A DNA stretch of 63,812 nucleotides, the filler included, from Octopus bimaculoides (taxonomy: Eukaryota): the NCBI RefSeq assembly GCF_001194135.2. It is 8 parts of 7 records of this genome, joined end to end, with 100 filler letters (N's around TTAATTAATTAA, not from the genome) between each part and the next. Parts side by side here need not be neighbours in the genome. Positions count along the whole stretch, not along the records: positions 33,220 to 43,090 come from NC_068990.1; positions 43,191 to 55,904 come from NC_068996.1; 6 more parts are not named here. One strand, 5' to 3'. Both the position numbers and the translations under genes were made by a program. The notes under the pieces were generated by a model. The model was not told where the DNA came from, did not search any database, and saw only the letters and a list, made by a program, of their open reading frames with translations. Positions 36,569 through 50,171 of this stretch are shown here, in pieces (within the stretch, counting starts at the first letter, position 1; every line of letters starts with the position of its first letter).

Positions 36569-37146
36569 TGCCTCCCTCCCACCTACCCATTTTACTCGGG
36601 CTCAAATAATGAGGAATACTTGCTGAAACAGATGCAATCAAGAGTAGAACTAGGCTAGAAAAAGTCCCGGTATTGCTTCATGTCCCAGTAACCATACCCA
36701 GGCTTTTAATGTGACCCCGTGTATACTCCAATTCATCCCTTGTTTGCGACGCGATTTTTTTTTCTGGATTTACATGGGAGGCGTCGGTAATCTTCCGCTA
36801 TTTTGTGTTTATCCGGCATCAGTTTTGTCAAAGAGTGGTCGAGATCCTGCAATCGAAGGAGTCTTTTATTATTGTTTCGCATCAGATCTGTTGAAAGCTC
36901 CGAAATTGCTTTCCATCAGAACGCTTTAATATCGGTTTCAAATTTTGGCACAAGGCCAGCATTTNNNNNNNNNNNNNNNNNNNNNNNNNNNNNNNNNNNN
37001 NNNNNNNNNNNNNNNNNNNNNNNNNNNNNNNNNNNNNNNNNNNNNNNNNNNNNNNNNNNNNNNNNNNNNNNNNNNNNNNNNNNNNNNNNNNNNNNNNNNN
37101 NNNNNNNNNNNNNNNNNNNNNNNNNNNNNNNNNNNNNNAGTGACCA

Positions 37147-37191
<45 letters not shown>

Positions 37192-37258
37192 TAATAATAA
37201 TAATAATAATATCGGAAAATACCTTAGGAATGAGAATTCAGGTTCGAAATTTCCCCAA

Positions 37259-37304
37259 GACATCTGATGAAGGCTGAAGGGTGTATCAGCCGAAACGTTG
37301 TGTT
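37259..37304 (+). ncRNA. Minimal type I hammerhead ribozyme motif (Penelope-associated type)
   Basis: GACAT-CTGATGA-A-GGCTGA-loop8-TCAGCC-GAAAC-GTT-GTGTT: stem I 5 bp with two G-U pairs, stem II 6 bp, palindromic ACGT stem III. Confidence 0.7.
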
Positions 37305-37394
37305 AACAACAAACAAGATGAGGACAAATATCCGTCAAATGTAATTAGGNNNNNNNNNNAACAAGATGAGGACAAATATCCGTCAAATGTAATT

Positions 37395-37778
37395 AGGCGC
37401 TGGAGTGGCTGTGTGGTAAGTAGCTTGCTTACCAACCACATGGCACCTTGGGCAAGTGTCTTCTGTTATAGCCTCGGGCCGACCAAAGACTTGTAAGTGG
37501 ATTTGGTCGACGGAAACTGAAAGAAGCCCGTCGTATATATGTATATATATGTATATGAATGTGTGTGTATATGTTTGAATGTCTGTGTTTGTCCCCCCAA
37601 CATCGCTTGACAACCGATGGTGGTGTGTTTACGTCCCCATAACCTAGCGGTTCGGCAAAATAGACCGATAGAATAAGTACTAGGTTTAGAAAGAATTAGT
37701 CCTGGGGTCGATTTGCTCGACTAAAGGCGGTGCTCCAGCATGGCCGCAGTCAAATGACTGAAACAAGTAAAAGAGTAA
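37395..37778 (+). mobile_element. SINE family B, near full length
   Basis: GGCGCTGGAGTGGCTGTGTGGTAAG head through GAAACAAGTAAAAGAGTA tail. Confidence 0.9.
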
Positions 37779-37796
37779 TGTAAATAATGTTCAAAT

Positions 37797-37912
37797 GGTA
37801 CTTGTTTATCAACCCCAATACGATGAAAGACAAAGTCGACCTTGACAAAATTTGAATTAGAAAAATGCCGCTAAGCATTTTGCCAGGCGTGCTCACAATT
37901 CTGCCAGTTCAC
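37797..37912 (-). mobile_element. SINE family A, degenerate
   Basis: GGTACTTGTTTATCAACCCC..AAAGTCGACC..GGCGTGCTCACAATTCTGCCAG. Confidence 0.75.
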
Positions 37913-38073
37913 CAGAAGGAAGCTCTAATATCATAAAGAGACTTTCCCAACTGAATCCCCTGATCATAACCAGTTACTCAGCATTGAGCTCAAGCTGAAC
38001 TCTGACGACCCAAATGTAAGCTGCTCCATTGCAAAGTGTTCCATCGAACGAAAATTATACATTGTGAACTCTG

Positions 38074-38358
38074 ATAAAAGTACTTGAGTTTACGCATCCC
38101 TACAAAGATGCTTGCTTTGAACTTTTCAAATTGTTTCAAATTGCTGTAACATGGCCAATAAGCAATGAGGGCTATGAATGTAGCTTTTTCAAATTGCAGA
38201 CGATCAAGACTTATTTGTGAAATTCTGTAGTTGCACAACATGCTGGGCAGTTTTAGTACAAATGCTTTGAATAGATGATATCTCCAAACCATAAGTGTCG
38301 AAGACTTCCTCCTTCGTTTCGCGACAGAACACCAAGACACAGTCGTTTGTGAGATCTA
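38074..38358 (+). pseudogene. hAT transposase C-terminal dimerisation domain remnant
   Basis: VLEFTHPYKDACFELFKLFQIAVTWPISNEGYECSFFKLQTIKTYL*NS..ISVEDFLLRFATEH, resembling LPxSxAxxERSFSxLKxIKTYLR. Confidence 0.7.
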
Positions 38359-38409
38359 ATTCCTTAAAGACATTATCAGCTTCCATGCCTTTTTTAATTA
38401 ATTTATTTT

Positions 38410-38590
38410 CCACTTGTTTCAGTCTTCGGCCATGCTGGAATACTGCCTCTGAAGAATTTTTAGTCGAATGATTCGACCCTAGTACTTTCTTTTAAAGCCT
38501 GGTACTTGTTCTATCGTTCGCTTTTTCCAAACCGTTAAGTTATACGGACGTAAACATACCAACACCGGTCGTCAAGCGTGATGGGGGGTC
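38410..38590 (-). mobile_element. SINE family B 3' part
   Basis: CTTGTTTCAGTC..GGCCATGCTGGA..GACGTAAACA..CCAACACCGGTCGTCAAGCG. Confidence 0.8.
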
Positions 38591-39117
38591 ATTATTCATT
38601 TAAAACTTCACCCGTCCTCCTAGTTTTCTGGTTGAATCTTGTCCGAGTTACTACAAAACACCGGCGCTGCCGTTGGGGACAAAATTAAAAAGACGGATAC
38701 CGAAGAAGATACTGACATAAGTAAACGATAACGAGAAAGAGTTCTAAATTATATTAAACAGGAAGAAATGGATAAGAAATACAATTGTTTATGGAAGTAA
38801 AATTAGCCAAAAAGTATTGCAAAAATAATGGTAAAGTCTACGAGCAGAAACGTCAGTATGGCTGGAGAAATAAACCCCGCAGTTATTAACAACAGAACCA
38901 AACAATGATTATAGAGAAGTAACAATATTACTAGAGTTGATGATATACTTCCGGTAACGAATTCATTGACCGGAAGTTGAAGAATTATTGCTTAATGAGG
39001 TAATAAGAACAAGAACAGCAAGACAAGCTGGAATAAAAATAATAAACCCAAAATATAATTAATTACACTGATCCAATCAAGATGTTAATAAGGGTAATGT
39101 TTTGGCATTGGAAATGT

Positions 39118-39325
39118 CGGCAAGCTAGCAGCATCGTTAGCGCGCCAGGCTTGACGTTATTTTGTCCATCTTTACGTTCTGAGTTCAAATTCTGCCGTGA
39201 GCGACTTTGCCTTTCATCCTTTCGAGGTCGATGAATTAAGTACCAATTGCGTACTGGAGTCGGTGTAATCGACTTACCCCCCCCCCCAAACCGAAATTTC
39301 TGGCCTTGTGCTAAAATTTGAAAGT
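39118..39325 (+). mobile_element. SINE family A
   Basis: GTTCTGAGTTCAAATTCTGCC..CCTTTCGAGGTCGATGAATTAAGTACC. Confidence 0.85.
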
Positions 39326-39564
39326 ATTATTGATTCAATATTTTGGCATTGAATAAATATTTCTGCTGGAACAAATAACTAAGAAGCGTCATCAAAGAGA
39401 AAAGAGAACCTCGACATATTCGTTCGACCTGCTGAAAATAGCAAGCAAATAGCGTTCAAAGTACCATTGGATAACGTTAACTTTGATATACAGAAAGAAG
39501 GAATGGTTCCGGTTGGAGAGCTTTTTAGCATGAGTCTGATCAATCAGGACTGATCTAAGACAAA

Positions 39565-39632
<68 letters not shown>

Positions 39633-41621
39633 ATTTGCTTTCAAAATAGCGGAAGTGAATTGCAGCAAGAAAACAACACGTTGATACCACCACCACAGTG
39701 GCAAACTTTTAGTCATTTATCTACGGAGGGCGATGGGGTCGGCTCTAATTCTATTCAGAAACTGTAGCTGTACATGTTTCTGTTACGTTACAGCAAAGTA
39801 CCGTGCCTTAAATTTTATACGGATCACCATTTCAAGTATTATAAAATGTGATTATTTACAAATTTATGTCCATTTAGAGAGTTGATTTTATAGAGTATAA
39901 TGAGGTAGGCAATGTAAAGCCAAAATATCCTTAATTCTTGAACTGACCGATGGTGATACTAATATATTGTATGTAATATGATCATGTTGAGAAAATTAAG
40001 ACGAATGTCGCTTTATGTACAATCAAAAGTAGTTAGCACACGAACATTTTCAGCTAATTGATGTGAACTGTATAGTTTAATATAGATTTAACCTATTGAA
40101 TGTAGGAAGTCAAAATGTAACGAAAAGGAAAATCATTAGTGTCAATGACAATTCTTGTGAAAGAAGGCAAGGAAGAGAAATTCGAAATTTAAATTGATTG
40201 AACTTGAGAGATATGTAGTGGAGAGGTGAGTTTGATGTTTGCTAGGTGCGGCGAAAACTCACCATGTTTCGGTCTTGTTACATCTCGTCAGTTAATAATA
40301 GTCTAACATCTGTTTACAGGACCTTTTAATGGATATAGCTCGTGTTTACATAATGTGATGTAGCGGATAAGCCACTGCTTGGAATCTGAAATAACAACAC
40401 TGGTTCATGGGGAAAGGGGTTAAGTAGCGCGACAGTAAACCGTGACAAGAATTATACGACATAATCATGTTCTGATGAATATAATTCTATAACCAGCTGA
40501 TTGGTTACAGACAAAAATACGTTATACTTTATATTCCTTCTATGGATACTTTCTTTGCCGATGCCCGCAATTAGTTATTCCATTGCAGCTTTTGTATTAC
40601 TGTCTAGGTTGACCATATCAACAAAGCCCAGTCCTCCAACACACTCCAAGCCTAAATCTAACCCTACCACACTTCCTACATTTATATTCTTTTTACCATG
40701 AAGGATTTTACTCTTCTTTGCACAGCTTATGTCGATCTGATCCACATTTCGGGTAACATATTTAGCTGATAACCGTCTTAAAGGGATCACCATCAATAAC
40801 TACGAACATTTACACCAGACACATTCCCTAGTTATATTGTTAATGGTATTTTGGAAAAATATTCTGTATTCTAACGATGTCTGTGGTTAGATAAACCAGA
40901 CTCACCATTCTCCAGCATCTCGAAACTAAATACTGTTCACAGCAATGTTAAAACTGGCTTCAAACATGTCCATTCCGAGTGGCAGAAGTCGCTGTAATGA
41001 TGATGATGATCATCACGAGGATGGAGAAGAAGGAGAAGGGGACAAAGGTGGTAGGACGACGTTTGAATTGATGAGGATAGAGAAACTAATAAGGGGGAAA
41101 AGCTGGATCAACTTAATGCTCAGAACCATTATTACCTCTCTTGTTTTCCCGCTTTTTTAATTTGATTTATTCCTTGTTTTTTTTTCTTGTAGGACAGAAG
41201 CGGCAGGAGAGACAAAAATACCTTTCTGTATTTAATCAAATCCCTCTTTAAGTTCTGATCTTGTCCAGGTGTAGGGGAAGAGGTTGACTTCATCTTTTCC
41301 AGATAAACTAACAACCCAGGCCAGTTTTATTGTCTATACAACCGACAACATTCCATCGACGAAAAACTTCTGCTTTTTTGTTGACATTCAAAATCTTTCT
41401 TTCTTTCTTTTTATTTTTCTCATTCACTCATTCACATCTTTATCTCTTTCATTTCTTTCATCTTTCCTTGTCTTTTCGTTCATTTATTCATAGTCTCTTT
41501 TTACTTTTCTTCTCTCTATTTTCTTATTTTGCTTTCTTTCTCATTTTGTCTTACTTTCGTTTCTTTCATAAAATTTTTCTTTCTTTCTTTCTTATTTTCT
41601 TTCTTTCTTTCTTTCTTTTTT

Positions 41622-41665
<44 letters not shown>

Positions 41666-42098
41666 TTCATTCCGTCAATCCAAACCTTCTTGTCCCGTCT
41701 GCTATCAGAACAGCTAGTCATTATTCCCCGTCCCCTAGCACCCTAACAGCACCTCTCCACTCATTCAACCCATCCTTACGACTACACCCCATCACCTTCA
41801 CCTTCACCGCCTCCACCGCCTCCACCGCCTCCACCGTCTCCACCGCTTCCACCACCCTTACCACTTCGACTCCACCTCTTCCACTGCCTGTACCGCCATA
41901 TTCACTCTACATCTATTATATAACCATTGTTTCTGTAACTTCATCTTCTGCTATTTATAGCAGCTACAGTCTCACTCCCCCAACTACTACACACATATGT
42001 TTATATACATACATACATACATACATACATACATACATACATACATGCATACGTACATACATATGAGGTTATTACTCAGATGATATTAAATATGTATG

Positions 42099-42134
<36 letters not shown>

Positions 42135-42344
42135 TGTATGTATGTATGTATGTATGTATGTATGTATGTATCTCTCTTTCTCTTTCTCTCTCTCTATATG
42201 TATGTATGTATGTATATACACGTATATATGTATATGTATATATATATATANNNNNNNNNNACATACATACATACATACATACATACATACATGCATACGT
42301 ACATACATATGAGGTTATTACTCAGATGATATTAAATATGTATG

Positions 42345-42380
<36 letters not shown>

Positions 42381-42578
42381 TGTATNNNNNNNNNNATATG
42401 CATATTCTATATTTATATATGTATATATATGTACATTATATATATGTATGTGTGTATATATATATATATGTATGTACGTATGTATGTATATATGTATGTA
42501 TGTATATGCACATATATGCATATGTCTCTCTATACATATGCATGTATTTATATATGTATATTTATGTATATATGTATG

Positions 42579-42620
<42 letters not shown>

Positions 42621-43029
42621 ATATATATGCATATACACATACACTCAGATCTCTCTCTCTCCCTACACACACACATCTCTCTCTCTCTAACGCTCTCTCT
42701 CTAACGCTCTCTCTCTAACGCTCTCTCTAGTTATCTATCTATCTCATCTTTTTCGCATTCTCTTCTTTTCCTCTCTCCCTCTCTCTCGCTCTCATCCTCT
42801 CCTTTCATTCATCTTATCTGGCTATTTTTCGCTCTTCTGCATCCTCCCCACCAGCTTCTCTTTTCCTTCTTAAACCTCTCAATCTGCCATCACAATATCC
42901 TCTCGCTCTTCTCTTCCGCGTCTCACATTCTCTGTTTCTTTGTGTTTCTCTTCTGCTTCATCTCATCCCTTCCTTCCTCCTCCCCACTCCCCCACTCTCG
43001 CTCACTCTCCTTGTCTTTCTCCCTCGCTC

Positions 43030-43090
<61 letters not shown>

Positions 43091-43190
43091 NNNNNNNNNN
43101 NNNNNNNNNNNNNNNNNNNNNNNNNNNNNNNNNNTTAATTAATTAANNNNNNNNNNNNNNNNNNNNNNNNNNNNNNNNNNNNNNNNNNNN
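43091..43190. other. Artificial scaffold spacer
   Basis: 44 N + TTAATTAATTAA + 44 N. Confidence 0.97.
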
Positions 43191-43488
43191 AATGTCCTCA
43201 GTATCCACCCTGCCAGTTGTCTGCACTTTGCTGTCAACTTGACAATGTGCATGTGAAATGATGCATCACTACACATGTTGATGCCCAGATCTCTTACTGT
43301 TTGTGGTTCTGGGATTGCAGTACCTCCAGGCCCTGTGCATGCCAGTTGGGAGGTGCTTGTGGTCTTGTAGCGCAGTACTTGAAATTTTTTTGCATTGAAC
43401 TGCATATTATTTTGCTCTGCCCACTCATATATTGCATTTAGGTCATTCTGCAGGCTTACAATATCATCAGGATTCTTTATTGCCTGAG
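43191..43488 (-). mobile_element. CR1-group LINE reverse transcriptase C-terminal fragment, open frame
   Basis: LQNDLNAIYEWAEQNNMQFNAKKFQVLRY..DLGINMCSDASFHMHIVKLTAKCRQLAGWILRT. Confidence 0.8.
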
Positions 43489-44479
43489 ATATCTATATAT
43501 ATATATAAGTGTGTGTAGGGGTGTCTTTGTGTTTATTTGTTACCCGCTACCACTTGACAACCGGCGTTGGTACGTTTAGGTTCCTTTGACTTAGGGGGCA
43601 GAAGAGAGCGATAGAAGTTCTAGGTTTTAAAACAGGAATTCAAAAATATATATCGAGACATTTGATTAAAACTCTATTTTCAAAAATAACGAATAAACAA
43701 TTCAGCTACGATTAGGTAAGTTCTATCAAATTAATGTTATAAACATGGAGATACAAGTTGTCAAAAACTATCAGTAACAATCTATAAAAACATTTGACTG
43801 AATCTAGTATACATTATAATGGCCGTCCACTTGTGACTGAGGAAAACCATTACTGATCTTTAGGAACATTGTGCGCTCTGGAATACCTTACACTTTATAT
43901 TTGCGGTTCCATACATATATACATATATAAATACATGCATAATATACATACATGCACACATATATATTCATACATTCATTCGTGTAGACATACATATATA
44001 CATATATGCACAATACACTCGTTCATTGAGAAGATTGAAAACTTTTGAAGTCACTAGCGATGGATATTTTATATACATTATCTAAACTGATGACGATAAC
44101 TTATGTTTCATATCCTTGGTAAAATACCTGATTCATTCAACAAATAAACCACACGTAGACTCCAGCATCTGAATATTTTTAAAAGAAAAAGTTATATAAG
44201 CAACAAGATACTGAAAAATGTAAAGAACAGTATTAGTAAGACAAATGACCGACTGTGACACAGTTATCAAGTGTTTCAGAGACAAGCAGGAGAAATCTAG
44301 AGTTAAATTCACGCAATCCGATGTCGTAGAATTTTAAGCTTTGATATTGAGACCCCCACATATCAAAGCTATTGAATCCAACATTAGATATTTTAGCACC
44401 GGTAGAATACCTATCGAAATTACTATGATGCATGCTAAACAATACTCTGTGGCAAAGAATTAGCATGGGTGCAAAAATA

Positions 44480-44980
44480 TGTTTGGTAAGGCAATGGATT
44501 GCTGATATATGTGGATTGCTCAAACTGCACATGCTAGACCTACTTAAAATCATATTCCCTAATCATAATAGTAAATTATTCCGAAATGATAGAGAGCCCT
44601 CTTACCCAACTGCGACGCTCGCACTCTAATTAACTCCAAGAAAATCCTCATAGCGATTTTTAAACTTAAAAGTACGGTAACAACAATTTTGATTAAAATT
44701 GAGTACCTAGACGTTTCCCTAGATCTACATCTGAAAACCCTATCATAATCCTAATGAAAATAATTTAGACATATAAACAAGAAATTTTTCTCCTCACCAA
44801 TATATATAACAAATGCAAAGTTCATATAATAAGAACCGCAAACCTCTCCTCATGAAAAGAGATTTTTGATAAAGTAATCTCCTACTACAATAGGTTCCTC
44901 GCCGACAGAAGCTCCAAAACTAGACTCGCGCACACACATTCGCCAACTAAGAACAGACCCAAAGAGATAAAATGGTTTGC
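44480..44980 (+). pseudogene. Decayed Penelope-like (Naiad-type) reverse transcriptase fragment
   Basis: ADICGLL..LFRND (cf. GAEVCELVG..LYRDD); EYLDVSLDL..PNEN (cf. DFLDVTLDL..KPNDN). Confidence 0.65.
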
Positions 44981-45054
44981 TTCGCTTTATATCTAAATGT
45001 CAAAACCATAGTTGAAAAAGTTCCTGTAACTCGAAGATAAACAAAATGATAACA

Positions 45055-45420
45055 ATGATACAAGCGTTCATTGTGCTCCTATGAAAATCTTCAAAGACTT
45101 CCTTGATCTTGGCCACCACTTTGGAGTTGATGTTGCAGGCAGATCAGGTGGTACCTTTCTCAGCTGCACCCCACACATTGGAATACAATCGGGGTGTTTT
45201 TGAGATCAGAATTTGCGGCTGGTGAACACGTAGAAATTCTTCGACAACCACTTCTGACTTTTTGCGGGGATATGAGAAGGAGCCGAATCTTACTTCCTCA
45301 CATTTGGCCTTCCAGATACAGCCCTCTCGAGCGAGAGATTGATCACAAATTGCGCCTAAGGCCGTGTTCAAAGATGTGATATCACTCTCATTGGCGACAC
45401 ATCCATTTTGATACTGGCAC
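45055..45420 (-). pseudogene. maT-like (DD37D) transposase catalytic and C-terminal remnant
   Basis: IFEHGLR..DSAPSHIPAKSQKWLSKNFYVFTS..HPDCIPM..VWGAAEK..VVAKIKEVFED. Confidence 0.8.
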
Positions 45421-46211
45421 GAATCATCCTGATATAAGTAACTCTTTTCTAGGATTCAGATAGCTTCCATTCCTTCATGTCAACTAACTTTTTTTCTCAG
45501 ATACAACGTTTATATTCATGCTCTCCAACGCCATTGATTGTTTCTAAATCTATCAAGCTTTGCCTGAAGAAAGGAGATTTAAAATATCGTCAAATTTAGA
45601 CAGAACACTGTAAATACAAATTATCTTTATTATGCGTTCCGTGAAGATATGCTACGGTCGTGGTGCTAACACGAAGACATTTATATCAGGCAAACCCACC
45701 AAACACATCATTCCAGAGTCCTTATATTGAAATGCTTATCATCAAGCGTGCAACACAAAGCCATGATTGTAACATTAATTATTAGTTTGCTCTATCAAAG
45801 ATATCCCTAGATACAATAGCAACCAGAACTATCATCATCATTACATATAACAATAAACTGCCTGTATATGGTCATCTTATTTGATATACACATCAGCTAA
45901 ATCTATCGATGCAAAAATCTGGTGATGCGAAAAAGGAAGGTGTAATATAGATCAACAGGTAAATTAACTGAAAAATTGGAATGGTCACGGTTGGGATGCT
46001 ATTGAACATACGGCAGTCTGAACAAGGTTGAACTTTGGCTAAACTACACCAGCAACAAATATTTTAAGAAAATATTTTTCTCAATGTTTAAAGCTTAACT
46101 CATATTAGTTGGCGATATGTGTTTTTTAATTCGATAGATAGTTTTAATTTAGTTAATTCATAATTAATTCAATACAGATTAGTAGAGAATCAGTACACCT
46201 TGTTCTCTAAT

Positions 46212-46368
46212 AGGTGGCTGTGTATTAAGACGCTTGCTTCCCAACCACACGTTTCTGGGTTCAGTCCCACTGCGTGGTACATTGAGCAAATATCTTCTAT
46301 TATAGCTTAGATCCGACCAAAACCTTGTGAGTAGATTTGGTAGACGGAAACTAAAAGAAGCCGTCGTA
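46212..46368 (+). mobile_element. SINE family B 5' half, ending in (TA)n and a gap
   Basis: GGTGGCTGTGT..GCTTCCCAACCAC..GGGTTCAGTCCCACTGCGTGG..GACGGAAACTAAAAGAAGCCGTCGTATATA. Confidence 0.85.
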
Positions 46369-46379
46369 TATACATATGC

Positions 46380-46410
<31 letters not shown>

Positions 46411-47226
46411 NNNNNNNNNNNNNNNNNNNNNNNNNNNNNNNNNNNNNNNNNNNNNNNNNNNNNNNNNNNNNNNNNNNNNNNNNNNNNNNNNNNNNNNNNN
46501 NNNNNNNNNNNNNNNNNNNNNNNNNNNNNNNNNNNNNNNNNNNNNNNNNNNNNNNNNNNNNNNNNNNNNNNNNNNNNNNNNNNNNNNNNNNNNNNNNNNN
46601 NNNNNNNNNNNNNNNNNNNNNNNNNNNNNNNNNNNNNNNNNNNNNNNNNNNNNNNNNNNNNNNNNNNNNNNNNNNNNNNNNNNNNNNNNNNNNNNNNNNN
46701 NNNNNNNNNNNNNNNNNNNNNNNNNNNNNNNNNNNNNNNNNNNNNNNNNNNNNNNNNNNNNNNNNNNNNNNNNNNNNNNNNNNNNNNNNNNNNNNNNNNN
46801 NNNNNNNNNNNNNNNNNNNNNNNNNNNNNNNNNNNNNNNNNNNNNNNNNNNNNNNNNNNNNNNNNNNNNNNNNNNNNNNNNNNNNNNNNNNNNNNNNNNN
46901 NNNNNNNNNNNNNNNNNNNNNNNNNNNNNNNNNNNNNNNNNNNNNNNNNNNNNNNNNNNNNNNNNNNNNNNNNNNNNNNNNNNNNNNNNNNNNNNNNNNN
47001 NNNNNNNNNNNNNNNNNNNNNNNNNNNNNNNNNNNNNNNNNNNNNNNNNNNNNNNNNNNNNNNNNNNNNNNNNNNNNNNNNNNNNNNNNNNNNNNNNNNN
47101 NNNNNNNNNNNNNNNNNNNNNNNNNNNNNNNNNNNNNNNNNNNNNNNNNNNNNNNNNNNNNNNNNNNNNNNNNNNNNNNNNNNNNNNNNNNNNNNNNNNN
47201 NNNNNNNNNNNNNNNNNNNNNNNNNN

Positions 47227-47273
<47 letters not shown>

Positions 47274-47694
47274 ATAAGGGAGATCGGCTGGGAAACGAAA
47301 GAAGAGCATTGTGTGCTTTATAAGAAAGAAAAATATAGATTAAGAAAAATCCTCTTCATTGAATACCACACATTCATCCTCAGTGCTCACATTGTTGAAG
47401 CTTTAGGCTTCTTAACACTATCCTAATTACATAGAATAATAAGACCGAAGTATATCCAGAGTTCTCAGCATCCTTCCAAATATGAATTATTTCACTCTTC
47501 ACCGATCTCCATATTAAATGATTTGTTTTGTCTTGTTTTATTTTTTTAAACTCAAATGCCGAAGTTGTCACCCACATCTTTCTTGATAAGAATTAGTCAC
47601 TGAAATAATGATTATTATGTTCTTACATGAAACGACAATGTAGTAACTTACTACATCAAGTATATTAGTTACCACTTACACAAACGCGCATATG

Positions 47695-47741
<47 letters not shown>

Positions 47742-49154
47742 GCGTGCGTGTGTATGTATGTAGATGTATATATATGCATATATATGCATATCTATACATT
47801 TATATGCATATAAATATGTATGTATATGTATATATATATATATATATATACANNNNNNNNNNNNNNNNNNNNNNNNNNNNNNNNNNNNNNNNNNNNNNNN
47901 NNNNNNNNNNNNNNNNNNNNNNNNNNNNNNNNNNNNNNNNNNNNNNNNNNNNNNNNNNNNNNNNNNNNNNNNNNNNNNNNNNNNNNNNNNNNNNNNNNNN
48001 NNNNNNNNNNNNNNNNNNNNNNNNNNNNNNNNNNNNNNNNNNNNNNNNNNNNNNNNNNNNNNNNNNNNNNNNNNNNNNNNNNNNNNNNNNNNNNNNNNNN
48101 NNNNNNNNNNNNNNNNNNNNNNNNNNNNNNNNNNNNNNNNNNNNNNNNNNNNNNNNNNNNNNNNNNNNNNNNNNNNNNNNNNNNNNNNNNNNNNNNNNNN
48201 NNNNNNNNNNNNNNNNNNNNNNNNNNNNNNNNNNNNNNNNNNNNNNNNNNNNNNNNNNNNNNNNNNNNNNNNNNNNNNNNNNNNNNNNNNNNNNNNNNNN
48301 NNNNNNNNNNNNNNNNNNNNNNNNNNNNNNNNNNNNNNNNNNNNNNNNNNNNNNNNNNNNNNNNNNNNNNNNNNNNNNNNNNNNNNNNNNNNNNNNNNNN
48401 NNNNNNNNNNNNNNNNNNNNNNNNNNNNNNNNNNNNNNNNNNNNNNNNNNNNNNNNNNNNNNNNNNNNNNNNNNNNNNNNNNNNNNNNNNNNNNNNNNNN
48501 NNNNNNNNNNNNNNNNNNNNNNNNNNNNNNNNNNNNNNNNNNNNNNNNNNNNNNNNNNNNNNNNNNNNNNNNNNNNNNNNNNNNNNNNNNNNNNNNNNNN
48601 NNNNNNNNNNNNNNNNNNNNNNNNNNNNNNNNNNNNNNNNNNNNNNNNNNNNNNNNNNNNNNNNNNNNNNNNNNNNNNNNNNNNNNNNNNNNNNTATAAA
48701 CACAGACACATACACGGAAAATGGACTAAAGTAAATACAAAATATAAATATAAGATAAAGAATAATGAATAAATATAAAGTAAAAACGAACCTAGTTTTT
48801 TTTTTTACTTTTTCTTTCTAGTTGTATGTGTATGCGCACATGCACACGTTATATATATACATACACATGCACATATACGTACACGTACTCACATACGCAT
48901 ACGTGTAACTTCATATGTAGTACATATAAGTATTTACTCACACGTTCGCGCGCGACCGAGGACTGTAGTATAGATATATGTATCTGTAAAAACTGGGCGT
49001 GTTCAGGGCGTGGGGGCGATGTGTTTCACAGAGTAGAACAATCATGCTTGTAGACATTTGCACACGTACACACATACATACACAGACCTTCGTAAATACA
49101 TATATATGTACGCAAATTTGCGTACATATACACATGAACACATATACATACGCA

Positions 49155-49186
<32 letters not shown>

Positions 49187-50140
49187 AGCAAATTCACACG
49201 AACATGCAAGTATAGTTGAATGTGCACATATGCATATGAAAGCATACATAGAAATACGCATGGGCATACACACACATACACGCGTATACATGCACATGTT
49301 GCCATACAGTGCGTGTATACGCATATTGCACATACATGATCGTGTGCAAAAATATATAGCATAATAATGAATTAAATTTAATAAAGAAATAAAAGTTATA
49401 ATATGTATAACTGAAAACAAATTATCTGTTCACACATGACAGCAGCTCAAACGCAAACCTATATGTGTGTGTTGTGTATTACGACAAATTTTTTTATAGA
49501 GTTAACAAAGGTTTCGCGCTCACAGAGCCAAAGCCTTGTAGATAGTTCGTCAGACTCAATATGAATATAAAATTTTCGAGCTGCCCACAATGCTTTGACT
49601 TTGTGGCTGCAAAAACTTAGGTAACTTTATATCTCTATATAAAATTTTGTTGTAATAATTACTACTTTATTTTTTAGACTGTGCCTCTTTCTGATATATG
49701 ATTTATTTTATTAACTAACTAACTATATATNNNNNNNNNNNNNNNNNNNNNNNNNNNNNNNNNNNNNNNNNNNNNNNNNNNNNNNNNNNNNNNNNNNNNN
49801 NNNNNNNNNNNNNNNNNNNNNNNNNNNNNNNNNNNNNNNNNNNNNNNNNNNNNNNNNNNNNNNNNNNNNNNNNNNNNNNNNNNNNNNNNNNNNNNNNNNN
49901 NNNNNNNNNNNNNNNNNNNNNNNNNNNNNNNNNNNNNNNNNNNNNNNNNNNNNNNNNNNNNNNNNNNNNNNNNNNNNNNNNNNNNNNNNNNNNNNNNNNN
50001 NNNNNNNNNNNNNNNNNNNNNNNNNNNNNNNNNNNNNNNNNNNNNNNNNNNNNNNNNNNNNNNNNNNNNNNNNNNNNNNNNNNNNNNNNNNNNNNNNNNN
50101 NNNNNNNNNNNNNNNNNNNNNNNNNNNNNNNNNNNNNNNN

Positions 50141-50171
<31 letters not shown>

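Noticed and set aside
36866-36925. Minus-strand hammerhead-like CTGATGG..AAAGC/GCTTT..CAACAGATCTG
   Set aside because: Both core segments deviate from consensus and there is no stem I
37310-37397. 38-bp direct repeat flanking a 10-N gap
   Set aside because: Identical copies either side of a minimal gap; typical unmerged contig overlap
38640-38680. GGCGCTGCCGTTGGGGAC as an LTR primer-binding site
   Set aside because: No adjacent LTR end or gag ORF recognised
40261-40292. Minus-strand CTGACGAG..CGAAACATG hammerhead-like words
   Set aside because: Stem II and the cleavage triplet do not form
40575-40796. 73-aa minus-strand ORF MMVIPLRRLSAK..
   Set aside because: Overlaps a motif (ATAACCGTCT..AAGGGAT) also seen near 12255, suggesting repeat origin; no domain recognised
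42000-42396. Duplicated GAGGTTATTACTCAGATGATATTAAAT block
   Set aside because: Copies flank 10-N gaps within microsatellites; likely assembly duplication
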